In this document: in pieces, positions 25,101-36,939 of the stretch | Layout: each line of letters opens with the position of its first letter | How positions within the stretch are numbered: the stretch's first letter is position 1 | Assembly: GCA_904063045.1 (NCBI GenBank) | Contig: CAJFCJ010000038.1 | Span: 110,790 to 174,789 of the forward strand | Length of the DNA: 64,000 nt | Source: Dimorphilus gyrociliatus | Taxonomy: Eukaryota; Animalia; Annelida | Reading direction: 5' to 3' | Translations under genes and position numbers: made by a program | The notes under the pieces: model-generated | What the model saw: the letters and a program-made list of their open reading frames with translations, nothing else | What the model was told of the DNA's origin: nothing | Databases searched by the model: none

Positions 25101-28100
25101 GTTACCGTTACCTACAATTACTCAAATACCAGCTTATACAGTAAACATAAGCGCCTTATCGTCAACAACTTTAGATGAACAACCAACAAATTTTTCCATA
25201 ACAGTCAACGATAAAAGGGAATCGGCTACCGATGTATTTTGTTCTTATCAACTATCCGAATCAATAGAATTGGCCAAGTTCTATTACGAACCAAACTTGA
25301 CAACAACTCAAACTGTTGTAAGATATTATAGATATACTAGAAAAGATACTGGATGGAGATTTTCGGTGAATGTTACTTGTAAAAATCTGGTAAGTTCAAT
25401 CAACTCTAGTCGGGAGATATTCGTACACGAAAAGATAAGAAATTTAAGGATGACTTTGAAGAGAGCAGCGACAGTACCATTCGAAAATCAAGTGATAATA
25501 TTATGGGTTGATACGGGATCATTGGTAACCTATTCAGTTCAATTTGATGATTTAGCTAGTTTTACGAAAAAGCATCCCAAGATATTTGCCTCTGACGAAT
25601 CGTTCAAGTTTAATTTTATATTTAATAAAATCGGTAATTATTCAGTTGGAATTAAAGCTAAAAACTATGTTAGCGAAGAGGAACTACTAAGGAATATATC
25701 CGTTCAGAATAATATTGAAAATATTACTATAACAGCTAATAAATCGATTCTATGGATACCCGGAGTAATTGACTATGTACTAACGTCTAAACACGATCAA
25801 AAGAATCTGACAGATGTGCATTGTTCCTTTAACTTTAGTAATGGAATGACAAGATACGAATATATTCCTCTATGGGAACCTTCCACTAGTTTTGTATATT
25901 CCCAATATTTTCCTCGAACCGCTGTGGGAAATTTATCATCATTAATCACCTGCTATAATCTCGTTTCATCTTTCAATATAACGAGACCTACGGAGATTAT
26001 CTTGGACGCGGTTATTATCGGTTCGCTAAAAGATAACGGAACTGTATTGTTGACGAATAGAACAACGATAATTACGGAAATTAGGCGTATGGGTACAAAT
26101 TCGTGTTTGATCTTTGACCTCGACGATAACGACAAACAATTAGCGTACGGAGTAAATGAATTTTGTAGAAATAACATTCCCGGAAATATATCTTATCAGC
26201 AAATTGAATATAATCAAACTTTAATAATTTTTGACCACATTTTTTCAAATATTGGCAAGTACAACGTTACTCTGACTGCGTTCAATTTGATTACAAAGGA
26301 TATCAGATGGTTTCGTTCGGAAGTGGCGGATTGGTACTGCAACGATCCGAACGCAACTATTGCCCAAGAATTTACGGATGAGCAGAGTTTTACAACAGTA
26401 ATGAAGAGCAAAGAGTTATATATTCCATCGCTGGCCGAGTACAATTGTACAATGTCGAGACAGATTCTTCACAAATGGAGCGTTTATCAATTACAATCGA
26501 ATAAACTACTCTATTCGTCCGACAGTTCGAAATTCGTTCTTCCTCCAAGAACTGTAGACTATGGAAAATATAGAGTTGAATATTTTATATCTATGCTTTG
26601 GCATCCTATCTTTAATAATTCGTATACAGCATACTTTGAAGTTGTACCAACTCCACTCCAATTAAATTTGACTAATGGAAAGACTTCAACAGCAATTTAC
26701 GATACCAATGTAACTTTTGACGCCTATACTCTAAGTTCCGACCTCGATAACGACCCGTCGGAAAAGTTCAAAGGAGTAACTTTTAAATGGTTCTGTAGAC
26801 AATCTAACGAGAATTTTCCGACAACCGAACAACTGAGACAACTCGATCCAGTTAATATTCCAACATTCGAAGAATTTCAAAACAATGGTGGCTGTTTCGG
26901 TCGCGGATCTAGTCTTGTTTACATAGAAAATAATGGAACATTTATTCTCAATACTTTCTTCATGCTACCCAACGCTAGTTATATTATTGATGTAAAAATG
27001 TCATCAATCTACGCTAATCGTAAGAAATTCTTTCAAATTAAATTCAATATTCCACCTCCAAAAGCTCCAAAATTGAAATTGACGTAAGTAGAGAGTTGTT
27101 TTCTCTCGTTGCTGTTGCTAATTTTACACTTTCCTTTTATTGCAGTTGCGTTGATAATTGCCAAGAAAAGAAGGCGTTCAACGCCGAAACGAAATACGAA
27201 GTTGAATGTTTCGTCGGATGTTCTAGCCTCTATTGGCAGATAATATACGAATGGAAATTATTGATTAGACTTAATGGTTTGTGGTTTGAAAATAGAACAA
27301 ACGCTATTCAAAAGCAAGCTAAAAGAGATAGCGAAATTGTATTCAAAGCGGAAGAAATGGCGGGAGGTCATTATTTCGATTTGTCGGTTAAAGGTTCTCT
27401 GGAGAAAGTTGGTGAAATTGAAAGAGTAAATGAGACATTTCTCGTGAATAAACCACCATTTGGCGGAAAGTGTTCGAGAGAGCCGAGCGAAGGATACGCA
27501 TCAATAAATAAATTTGATATTACTTGTCAAGGATGGCAAGAATTCGAAAAACCACAATTCGCTCGAGATCTTAAATATGTATTTAGAAGTAGACCGAAAG
27601 GAGTGAAACCTAGTTTTCTTTTATATTTCGCTCTAAAGAATGGAGCGGCTAGTCTACTCTTATCCGTAGGTGATCCAATCAATTTAATCACAGAAGTGAT
27701 TATACAAATAATCGACTCTGTTGGCGATGTTTACAAGTTTATTTTGGACATGAAAGTAATGCCACCTCCAGAAAAGGAAGTGGATATTTTAAACTTGGTC
27801 AACTATCTATTAAACGCTAAAGAGATGGAAAATCTTTTGGAAGCTGGAAATTATACAACAATTGGTCCTACACTGTATTCAATAGCGTCTATTTTGAATG
27901 CAAACTTGAATAAATCATTGGAAAATTTTGAAAATATGACAACCAACGAAATGGAAGAGTATAGGAGTAATATTACAAAATTCCGAAAGAGGGTAAGATT
28001 GATTGCGTAATTGATTTTCATTTCTTTTTCAAACAAACCAACAAATTGCCACAGATTCGGGAAAAAATGGTTGAAATAGCTATACAACTTCCTTATCAAA

Positions 28101-31100
28101 GCATTAACGAATTGGAGCAAAGTAACAGTATCCTTAGCGCAATCGTCTATAAACCAAAGGAATTAAATTATAAAACATTGGTATAGTTAATTAATCAATT
28201 AAATTAAGTAATTAAATCAATCAACTCATAACAGAAAATGACAAGTCGACAATTGTTAAAATTGAACGACGCTCTTCATTCTAGCAGAGCTGAACGAGAG
28301 AAAAATAAAGAAATTTCTATAAGTATAAACAAATAAAAACAACCAAAAATATTTACTATAATTTCTATTTTGTCAGGTTTGATTGAAACTTCTATTCGAC
28401 TAGCAACTTCCGTTGAATCTTATAGGCGAGATCAAGAGTCTTTCTACATTGAAAGTAACACTACAACTACGAATTCTACCATCAACAATTCAACAATTGA
28501 TCAGGATGTTCAAAAACGTCTACAATTGAAAGAAGTAATGCGTAGGATTATCTTTACCATTGATAATATTACAGATAGTCTATTGGATACGTTGAAATTG
28601 AATGATACACCGATACAAGTGACTTTTGAAGAGATATTTTTGGAAATTGGAAAAACTTCACCAATCGAATTATTGAGAAAAAATTTTACAAATCCTCTTG
28701 GAGAGTTGAACATTCATTCTTTAGAAATCATTAACTATACTTGCGCTAGTAGAAAGATTGTTATGACTAGATTTAATCTATTCATGTGGGATGAAACGTC
28801 TAATGACGTTGAATCCGGTTTGCTTCAATTGGATATTTTTCCGTGCGATGGCGCCAGAGAAGTGTCGAGGAAAAGGAAAAAACGTAGCATTGTAAACACT
28901 CCGGGGAATAGATTTACTTTTACGTCCAGGATGGATGAAAATGCTGTTGAAACGACTCAGAAGATTAACACAACGGCTTTGGCTGCATTACATTTCTTCA
29001 ATATTTCGGACGATACTAATCCAATACAATTAAGATTCGAACCGCCCGAGCATTTAACGCTACAAGTACTAGTAGGAATTGATCAGAGACCGTCAATTGA
29101 CAAAAATAACGGTTCATTCATAATTCCAAATGTAAATAGGACGTGCTCTAATGAGAATGATATCGGATATTGTAATGATTTAAAGCGAACAATTGTGCTG
29201 CAATCGTATTTTAATACAACGCTAACGGTTAGAGTTACTATTGAAAAGTGCATTAATTGTACAGAGGAGGTGTTACTCTATACATTATCGGTGTTTAATA
29301 CGTCGTGTAGAATATGGACTGGAGAGAAATGGATAGAAAATAAAGAGTGCATAACTGAAAAGGAAAGTACCTCGACTAAAGTTAGATTCACCAGCAATCT
29401 CTTTGGTAGTATTGGAGCCGGAATCGACGTTCTACCAAACTTGATTGATTTCGATACGGTATTCGACGATTTCGCTAGTAAATTAGCCGATAATGCGGCA
29501 GTTTTTGGTACAATTTGCGCTCTCTTCGTACTTTATATACCGTTAGCTTTACTGGTGAAGAGAATGGATAAGAAGGATAAACTATTGTGGCAACCGTTAC
29601 CGTTACTGGATAACTTTAAAGGAGATAAATTCGAATACGAAGTACACGTATTTACCGGCAATGAAAAGAATTCGGGTACAATATCTAAAGTTCTCTTTAC
29701 TACTTTTGGAACCGAATGCAATTCGGGGAGGAGGCGTCTAGTATCAACCGGAGTAACCTCATTCGATTCGGCATCCGTTAGGTCGTTCATCATGACGACC
29801 AGCCATTATCTAGGTTCATTAGTTTGTATTAGAATTTGGCTAGAAGAAATGATATTTGCGGAAGATCCTTTTGATCCTTGGTTCCTTAGTCGAATAGTTA
29901 TCATAGATAGGACGTCGCAGGCGTGGTATAATTTCGATTGCAACCAATGGCTTTCGCACATACACGGCGATGGTCACGTTGAAAGAATTCTTATGGCGAC
30001 AAAAAACGATATGACGCCTGATATGAACGAGCTATTTAAAAGGAATTTCTATAGAAGAATGGCCGACGACCATTTGTGGATATCAGTCGGAGCAAGAAGA
30101 ACAAAATCAAAATTTACCAGACTACAAAGACTCGGCGTCTGTTTCGTTGCGTTATTCCTATCAATGATTGCTAGTTGTATGTTTTATAAGGATAGCAGCG
30201 AAGAGGCGAACCAAAGAGCTGGCCTTACATTAGGACCATTTTCTTTTACAGTAAGGGAGTTGTACGTTGGTTTAGCGAGTAGTGCAGTAGTATTTCCCGG
30301 TCTCGTTTTAATTACATTATTATTTAATGCAAAAAAGTGGAGAAAGTATACGGTCCCTATTGGATGGTGTGTTGCGGCCATTGCAGCGTTAACTGCCGCA
30401 TTCTTCACAATACTTTATTCAATACAATGGGGTAAAGAAAAGTCTCTGCAGTGGCTCTTATCCTTTACTATGTCATTTGTCTATAGTATCATGCTAATTC
30501 AACCGGTTAAAGTTGTTTTTATAGCATTTCTATTGACATTCTTAATGAAAAAGGATACGGATCTAACAGAATACGAAGAAAATATTGGCGAAATGAATAA
30601 ATTGGAATACAAAAATCTCGATCATATTCCAAAAGGTTTGAAAATTGCTTATAAAATTAGATAGATAGATAGACGAACGAACAGACGAATAATTAAAAAA
30701 AGACTACTAATTCTATTGTTTATTTTGCAGAATTGAATATTCAACAGAAAATTAAAGAGACTGTTGAGGAAACTATGAAATTAAAAGAGACCAAAGTTGT
30801 AGAAGATAGAATGCACAATATGGTGAAGATTATCGTATTGCATCTTATCTATACATTATTTGTGGTATTCATATGCTATAGTAACCAAAATCCATCGTTC
30901 TATTATCAGAATAAAGCGATTTACGATACTCTACCAAAATTATCAAAGGTCAATAGTCAGGCAAATTTTTGGTGGTGGATTGAAGATATTGCTCTTCCTG
31001 GATTGTATCCCAGACAATATTACAACTCGAAGAATATGTCCAAATACGATATGAAACATACCAGCGAATATAATCATATGAGATTTTCATCGGTTAGACT

Positions 31101-32601
31101 ATTTCAAGAGAGGGTCAATCCTTCAAAATGTCGACTACCGCAACAATTACAGTCGATATTCAACAACTACAACTGCTATAAGGAAATGGGCGATGATAAT
31201 AAATTTGATAGGAATTCGTCGTTTCACTGGCACGACTATAGCCATTCGAATAATACGCACGAAGCTTTCATCTACTCTAAAAAATTTAATGGATATTCAA
31301 TTGCGCTTGGTGAAGATTTCCAATACGCTAAACGTCTAGTTAAGAATTTAAAGAAGTGGAAATGGACTGATCGTCAAACTCGAATAGTTACGCTAGATAT
31401 GACAATTTTAAATCAAGAAATTGTTTCTCAAGTTAAATGGACATTTAAGATGAAAGCGACTGGTGGCGTTACAACTGTTTTAAGGTGCGATTCTTTAATT
31501 CTGTACAGGTATACTGGTGCGGGAGGATTAGTAGCGTTAATCGTTGAGATATTATCAATATTAATGTGGATAGCATTAGTTATCCGACTAGTTTATAGAT
31601 TGATAAAATACGACGAAATTCCGCGAATATTTCAAACGTTATCGTTACTATTTTTCGCCTGTTCAATAATTTTGTATATATGGAGGACAGTGAAAGGTGT
31701 GAACGCCGTTGAGACTGTTATGAATTCAAGAAAGACTTTTACTAATTTATCTCCGTTCTTTAACTCTCATTATTATTTTATGGTGTTTATTGGATTTTGC
31801 GCCTTCTTTGCACAGATTCATTTGTTGAACCTTTTAAAAATATCTAGAACCGTCTCGGTTCTGATTGGTACATTGAATAAATCCAAGGGCGAATTGGGTT
31901 CAATTGGATTTTGCTGTTGTATATTCTTTCTCGGTTACGCTTGTTGGGGTTATATACTTTTGGGACCAAATACGGAAATCTATAAGAGTTTTAAATTTAC
32001 TTGCTACGCTCTAGTCGATACTGTTTTTGGCCATTTAGATTTTCATTTAATATCGGAAACGGCTGGATTATTGGGAAAAATTTACATCATATCCTACGCG
32101 TCTATAATGATGTATCTTATCTTGAATATATTCATTTCGACTCTCAACGAATTTATATCGGCGGTAAAGGTGGATAAGACTGTTTTGTCGGAGGATCCAA
32201 AAGTTTTCAAGTATATTGTAGGGGAAATAAAGAAGATATTTCAAAATAGAACAACCGATATCCAAATTAAAAATTACGATAAAGAGATTAGACTATACGG
32301 AGGTATGTACAATATCTTTACTATACAGCTCGTTTTCTTCTTCTTCTTCTTCTTCTTCTTCTCTTACTAATCATAATTTACCAATCTATTGTTTTTAAAA
32401 GCTTTGACTAATCATATAAGAGGCTTGGAAAATATTACAACGACCAATATTCGTGGACCCGATATAGATTCATTTTTAGATCTCGTAGAATATATTCTCA
32501 CTTCAGATGATATGGAGAATGATTATATTCAACAATCAGCCACTATGGATGACGAAGAACTTTACAATGAACTTTTAATTATATTTCGTATTGCTGACTA
32601 A
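11365..32601 (+). CDS. Giant multi-exon polycystin-1-like (PKD1L/PKDREJ family) receptor-channel, roughly 6000+ aa
   Basis: Signal-peptide exon MINSALLLRRVCVSVIIFVAVIGGING (11365-11443; intron 11444-11516 is phase-consistent). Followed by lectin/discoidin modules, PKD repeats (NVSLTLTLVNGSDVEYDISYGNG; NVTFDYANG; YNVTLTAFN), REJ (FLVNKPPFGGKCSREPSEG...FDITCQGW), a GPS-like region, TM1, PLAT/LH2 (YEVHVFTGNEKNSGTISKV...PWFLSRIVI...FDCNQWL), ADDHLWISV...FTRLQR, further TMs and a polycystin channel (LRLFQERV; WTDRQTRIV; YLILNIFISTLNEF). Stop at 32601. Not every splice junction was checked. Confidence 0.9.
11517..20200 (+). other. Ectodomain array: 4 C-type lectin, 4 PAN/apple and about 10 F5/8C (discoidin) domains
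   Basis: CTL starts: CENDFVVFRKACY (11525), CPPSTAYYDNHCY (13907), CPPGAVRNFDKCY (16296), CPSGFVEYGSSC (18892). PAN example: CLKLCEEETSFECLSF. F5/8C examples: YVEIDLG...ARYVRIQP...FRIELLGC and PWLLVYF...GIVLQG...VRFELYGC. Confidence 0.8.
20210..20780 (+). other. Fibrinogen-related (FReD) domain within the polycystin
   Basis: YANGLGNDNEYALGNDILANMT...FLRIDMWSKDG...MKFYTIDKDNNQGCSAKHKTGWWF follows the fibrinogen C-terminal pattern. Confidence 0.75.
20860..21360 (+). other. F-type lectin (fucolectin/FTP) domain within the polycystin
   Basis: VSKGKKAYQ...ASLAVDG...DPWWVVSLGKIFTIDYIVIWNRKDCCG...LTLCEVKIY. Confidence 0.8.
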
Positions 32602-33537
32602 AAGAGAAAAGTGTGCAATGCATACATTTTCCTATTATATTTTAACACATCTTTATATATTCTGTAAATGTTAAATAATGATCTCTTTTTTCAATCATGA
32701 TTAAATAAAGAACAAAGTAACCCTGTTACAGTCACTTTAAACAATTTGTAAATTGTATATTTATAGTATAAATGACTAGAAAAAGAAGCAGAAGAAGAAG
32801 AAGAAGATGATGATGATGATGTAGACGACAACGATGATTGGTTGGTATAGAAAGGGAGATGATTGGTATTGGACCAGATTTCTATGTATTTTAACTAATT
32901 ACTAGTAAATTTGATTATTTGAACAATTGTTGAAGATGACATACAAACAAAGCTGGTAACAAGTTTGATATGATATATTGAAAATAGTTGTAAAGAAAAG
33001 AAAAAATTGCAGACTAGACAAAACCAAAGAAATTATAATCAAATATACATTTAAATTATTAATATATATATAATTGAAGTAAATATAGATATTAGAAATC
33101 AATTAATCCCTTATCAATAAATACTTACAATTATCTTCTCTCTCTCTCTTTCTCTTATATAAATTTTCTTTTATATTTACTTAATTTAAATGTAATTTGC
33201 TTACCAGTCATTATTGATGGGAAAATATTACAAGATCTAGTATCTCTTCGTTATTGAACACCTTTGGAAATTACACAACAGATAGAACAAATGAATATAT
33301 ACAACATTGCAACGGTTTGTATAAGTATGTCTAGACGCTTTTAAGGTCGTTGTACTTTACTCTGGAAAGGAGGAGAAAAGGATGCATTATCTACAGTTAC
33401 TTGCTTTTCTCTTAATAATAACTTTGAAATGTGAAGTATCTTTACAGGGAATAGGTATAAACATAAATTACATAAATTGTCAAACAATTAACAAACAGTT
33501 TAATAGTTTGTCTTTCTTTATATTCATTTCTGGTTAG

Positions 33538-34090
33538 TTTGCACCTATACAAAAAGAAGTAATAAACATATTGAAGGTAATCATTTTATACCACCGGAAT
33601 GGGGATCTAGTGACCATAAGTATATTCCATTGACGGAATGCAAAAAAATCTGTACGAAATATGTGATTTGCAAGTAAGTAAATTCCAAATTGTATCTATA
33701 TTTATATATAGTTGATGAACATATCACCTAAATTTGGCAGTAAGCCAAATTATCCTTACATCAATATCGTGACGTGTTATATAATTTAAACCTGTTCGTA
33801 CCCGCTTATCATTTATTATGTACGTTTAATACTTATAATTAATTCTATATTACCAGTATAGACTTTAATTATAAATGTGCTGAATAGATAAGTCAATGAC
33901 GTAGTGACGACTTATGGCAGCAACTTGCTTGCTCAACGACTACATATATATATATATATATATATATTAATTAGGTCATTGGATCATCATCATACGAGTA
34001 ACAAATGTTGGTTACACGATGTTCATTCGTATCAAACATACCAGTACGAAAGTGACGGATCCTACGATTTCTATGAAAAGTATGAATGCA
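33538..34090 (+). CDS. Two exons encoding a PAN/apple domain (small gene or fragment)
   Basis: Exons 33538-33673 and 33975-34090 splice in phase to CTYTKRSNKHIEG...LTECKKICTKYVICKSLDHHHTSNKCWLHD...YDFYEKYEC. Start and end were not resolved. Confidence 0.65.
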
Positions 34091-34106
34091 GTAAGTAAAT
34101 TATTAT

Positions 34107-34547
34107 TGTACTTTCCTGCTGGGGTTGTAGGTAAGTACTGGTCCAAATGTTCTATTTGGAATCAGGGGTAAGCCACTTAGAAGAGAGATATAGAATTGAG
34201 GGAGGATGAATATAGAACCAAAATGTAAGAATAATATAACTGTATTCTAAAGTAATACTAGACCTGTTCACTAAGGGAGTTGATTCAGGACTGAATGCCT
34301 GTTACTACCTACGCCCTGCTTTTATACAATTCCTTATCAGTTGTTTATACCTTAGCTGTCAACAACAAGGGTCTAACACCAGATAAGGATTGTTCACAAC
34401 AAATAGGGTCAAGGGTTATCGTATTTATGAATTAGTGATGTACACAACAACAACTTTGTGTAGATAAACCCTCAAGGGTTAATTGTTACATGATATTTAT
34501 GTAAATAAACACTTGTTGTTGTTGTCAACACATTTGGTTATGTAACA
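34107..34547 (-). mobile_element. Solo-LTR-like segment related to the Gypsy LTR at 55177
   Basis: Shares TGTACTTT at the left end, AAGTACTGGTCCAAAT (34133-34148 = 55259-55274), CTGAATG..TGTTA plus a TTTATAC motif, and TGTAACA at the right end. No TSD found. Confidence 0.5.
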
Positions 34548-35280
34548 TCTTATCCTTTGCCTATAAAAGGGGCTGATTTTGTCAGTTCGGCATCATCTAC
34601 CCCAAAGGCAACATCTACTACAACACCTCTACCATATGGTAAGTATTATTTATAAAATATCTATAAACTATAGTTGATAAGTGTACAATTGTCTTTGAGA
34701 TAAATTCATTACATTAACTCATTCAATTCGTATAAACAATCATTAACATTAACAAATATATTTTCAAAAAAGTAGAAAACCAAATCCCATTGTAGATAGT
34801 TAATATATAGTAAAAGGAAACAAAAATACTATTACACGCTACCACTGAGCATGATCAAAGTCATGACTTCTCGCCAAGCTTTAAGTGAATGTGATAAAAC
34901 CACTACACTATGCAACCTGGATACTAGTTGGAAAACATTACGTAAATAACACACTAAAACTTTAGATTGATTATAATTAGACGCTTTATTCTCTGGTTTT
35001 GGAATGCTTACATTGCTATTCTTTACTTATTCAATAATAACTGGGTTTTATTTCCATAGAAAACCTACTAATTATTACTTTATTCACTAATCACCATCTT
35101 GGAAGAGATTTATCTATGAATATTTGAGAAGATTTCCAACAAAGTCATTTCATAACCAATACACTTTATATATGTATTTCATACGCTAATAATTTATTGA
35201 TTCATTTTTTATACTTGTAAAAGAGACTTAATATAAATAAAAAACCTAAGCGCATGCTTACAAAGTAAGTAAATGTTTTT

Positions 35281-36311
35281 TTGCTCACTATGCCTATTAT
35301 TATTTCCTGTTTTTGTTTAGCCCATTCCCAGTTTGTCCAAATAAACCCTGAAAAGGGTTCTAATCAACCTACTGATGATGACAGTACATGTAAAGAGGAA
35401 AAAGATCCTAGCTCAGTAATTGATCAGAAAAAATGTAAATCAAAGACAGAGGAAACTAGTAATGGAAAAATTGAGAAGACAGGTACTGGGAAGAATAATG
35501 CTTGCCCTAATTTTGAGAATGATTCAGGTGTTACACCACTTCCTGTTGAACACAATGCTCCACTTGGAGAAGCATTACTTAAAAATTCAAAAACTGAATT
35601 CCTTATCGACAAATATGGTAACTTGAAACAAAGTGATGGTGATTTTGAAGAAATGATAAGGAGAATAAAGGACATAAAAAAATGTGGCTATCCATTTTGC
35701 AAGAAATTAAAGGTAAGCAATAAAAATTGTCGTTTATTCAACTCTTTTTGAATGTTTCACTTTTGAACCGTTGTTAGAAAAAGGTTATGCCTGAGAAATA
35801 TAGAAATGAAAAAGACAAGCCCAAAAAAAAAACACACTGCTGCCATCATCTTATACCGAATTGGAAAGTAGAAGAAATCGCCAAATCTGCAGGAAGGGCT
35901 GGAGTTGAATAATTTATTAACGGAAATTCTCTGATTAAAGAATTGTTGCAAAATCGACTAGTATTGAAGAAGAATAGAGGGAAATTATTACACGCCTGTT
36001 ATTCTTGCAACTCATACAATTTAGTAAAAGGCCCACATAAAAGTGAACGGTTAAAAGATCCAGGTAGGAAATTAGATAAGGAGCTGATTGATATTCAAAT
36101 TAAAGAAGTAGCAGACAAGATCAGAAAATGTGAAAATAATGACGATTATTGCACACTCAATACAATACTACATGCGCCACTTTGGCAAAAAGATAAAGAT
36201 GGCAAATTTATCATACTACCAAAAAGACTGAGCATAGATCGTCTCGGGGGGGGGGGAGCTCTGAGCAGTATCATATTTATACAGACGCATCAGACACCAT
36301 ATTGGGGGTAG
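35281..36311 (+). pseudogene. Two-exon putative secreted protein with one premature stop
   Basis: Hydrophobic N-terminus. A phase-0 intron (35713-35777) joins exon 1 to a frame continuous with ORF 35943-36311, apart from a single TAA at 35910-35912. A G-run near 36247 may be a frameshift. Confidence 0.55.
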
Positions 36312-36939
36312 CTATCTATTCATGTGCGAAAAGGAGTGGACAGAATAATAAGATTAATGGTCAGACTGGCAATGAAAACGACAAAGCAAGGAAAGCCGTG
36401 CAATTATCAAGGGTTGGTCTTCCTCAATGGATTTGATGTTGTTTGTTTTTATGAATCTGCTCAGTATTGTTTGTGTTTCAAGATTTTATTGATTGTAAAG
36501 ATTCATTTTTGTTGAATTCAACAAACAGGTGTTGCCTGGTGTTTGACCTTGAATTCGTTTGCGAAGAGAGAAACTCTTGTGGAAATAATGAAAACAAACA
36601 CTCTACTGAAATACGGTGTCTTTACACAACCAGGCTAATCAGCAGTTCATAAAATTCAAAAGAGACCAGCTTATAAAAGAATTACAAAATGACTAATTCA
36701 CAATATTGATAAGATTTGGTGCCATATCTAATCCATCTGATGAACTTGCAAATAGATTACATGTAAACCTTACTTTTGATGTTGTTATCTCTCTGTCAAT
36801 TGTACAAACATTATTGTCATCTTGCCAATTTATTATAACCATATAATTTCAACAAATTCTTAATATTATAACCTCTTAGTTGTGGTTAACCATTTTTTAG
36901 ATCTAATATTACAAATATTTCTGTTGCTGCTGTTAAAAA

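Noticed and set aside
35910-35912. In-frame TAA stops as a sign of a ciliate-type (TAA=Gln) genetic code
   Set aside because: The multi-kb ORFs (3237, 1477 and 1062 aa) contain no internal TAA and end at standard stops. The stops occur only in decayed genes.
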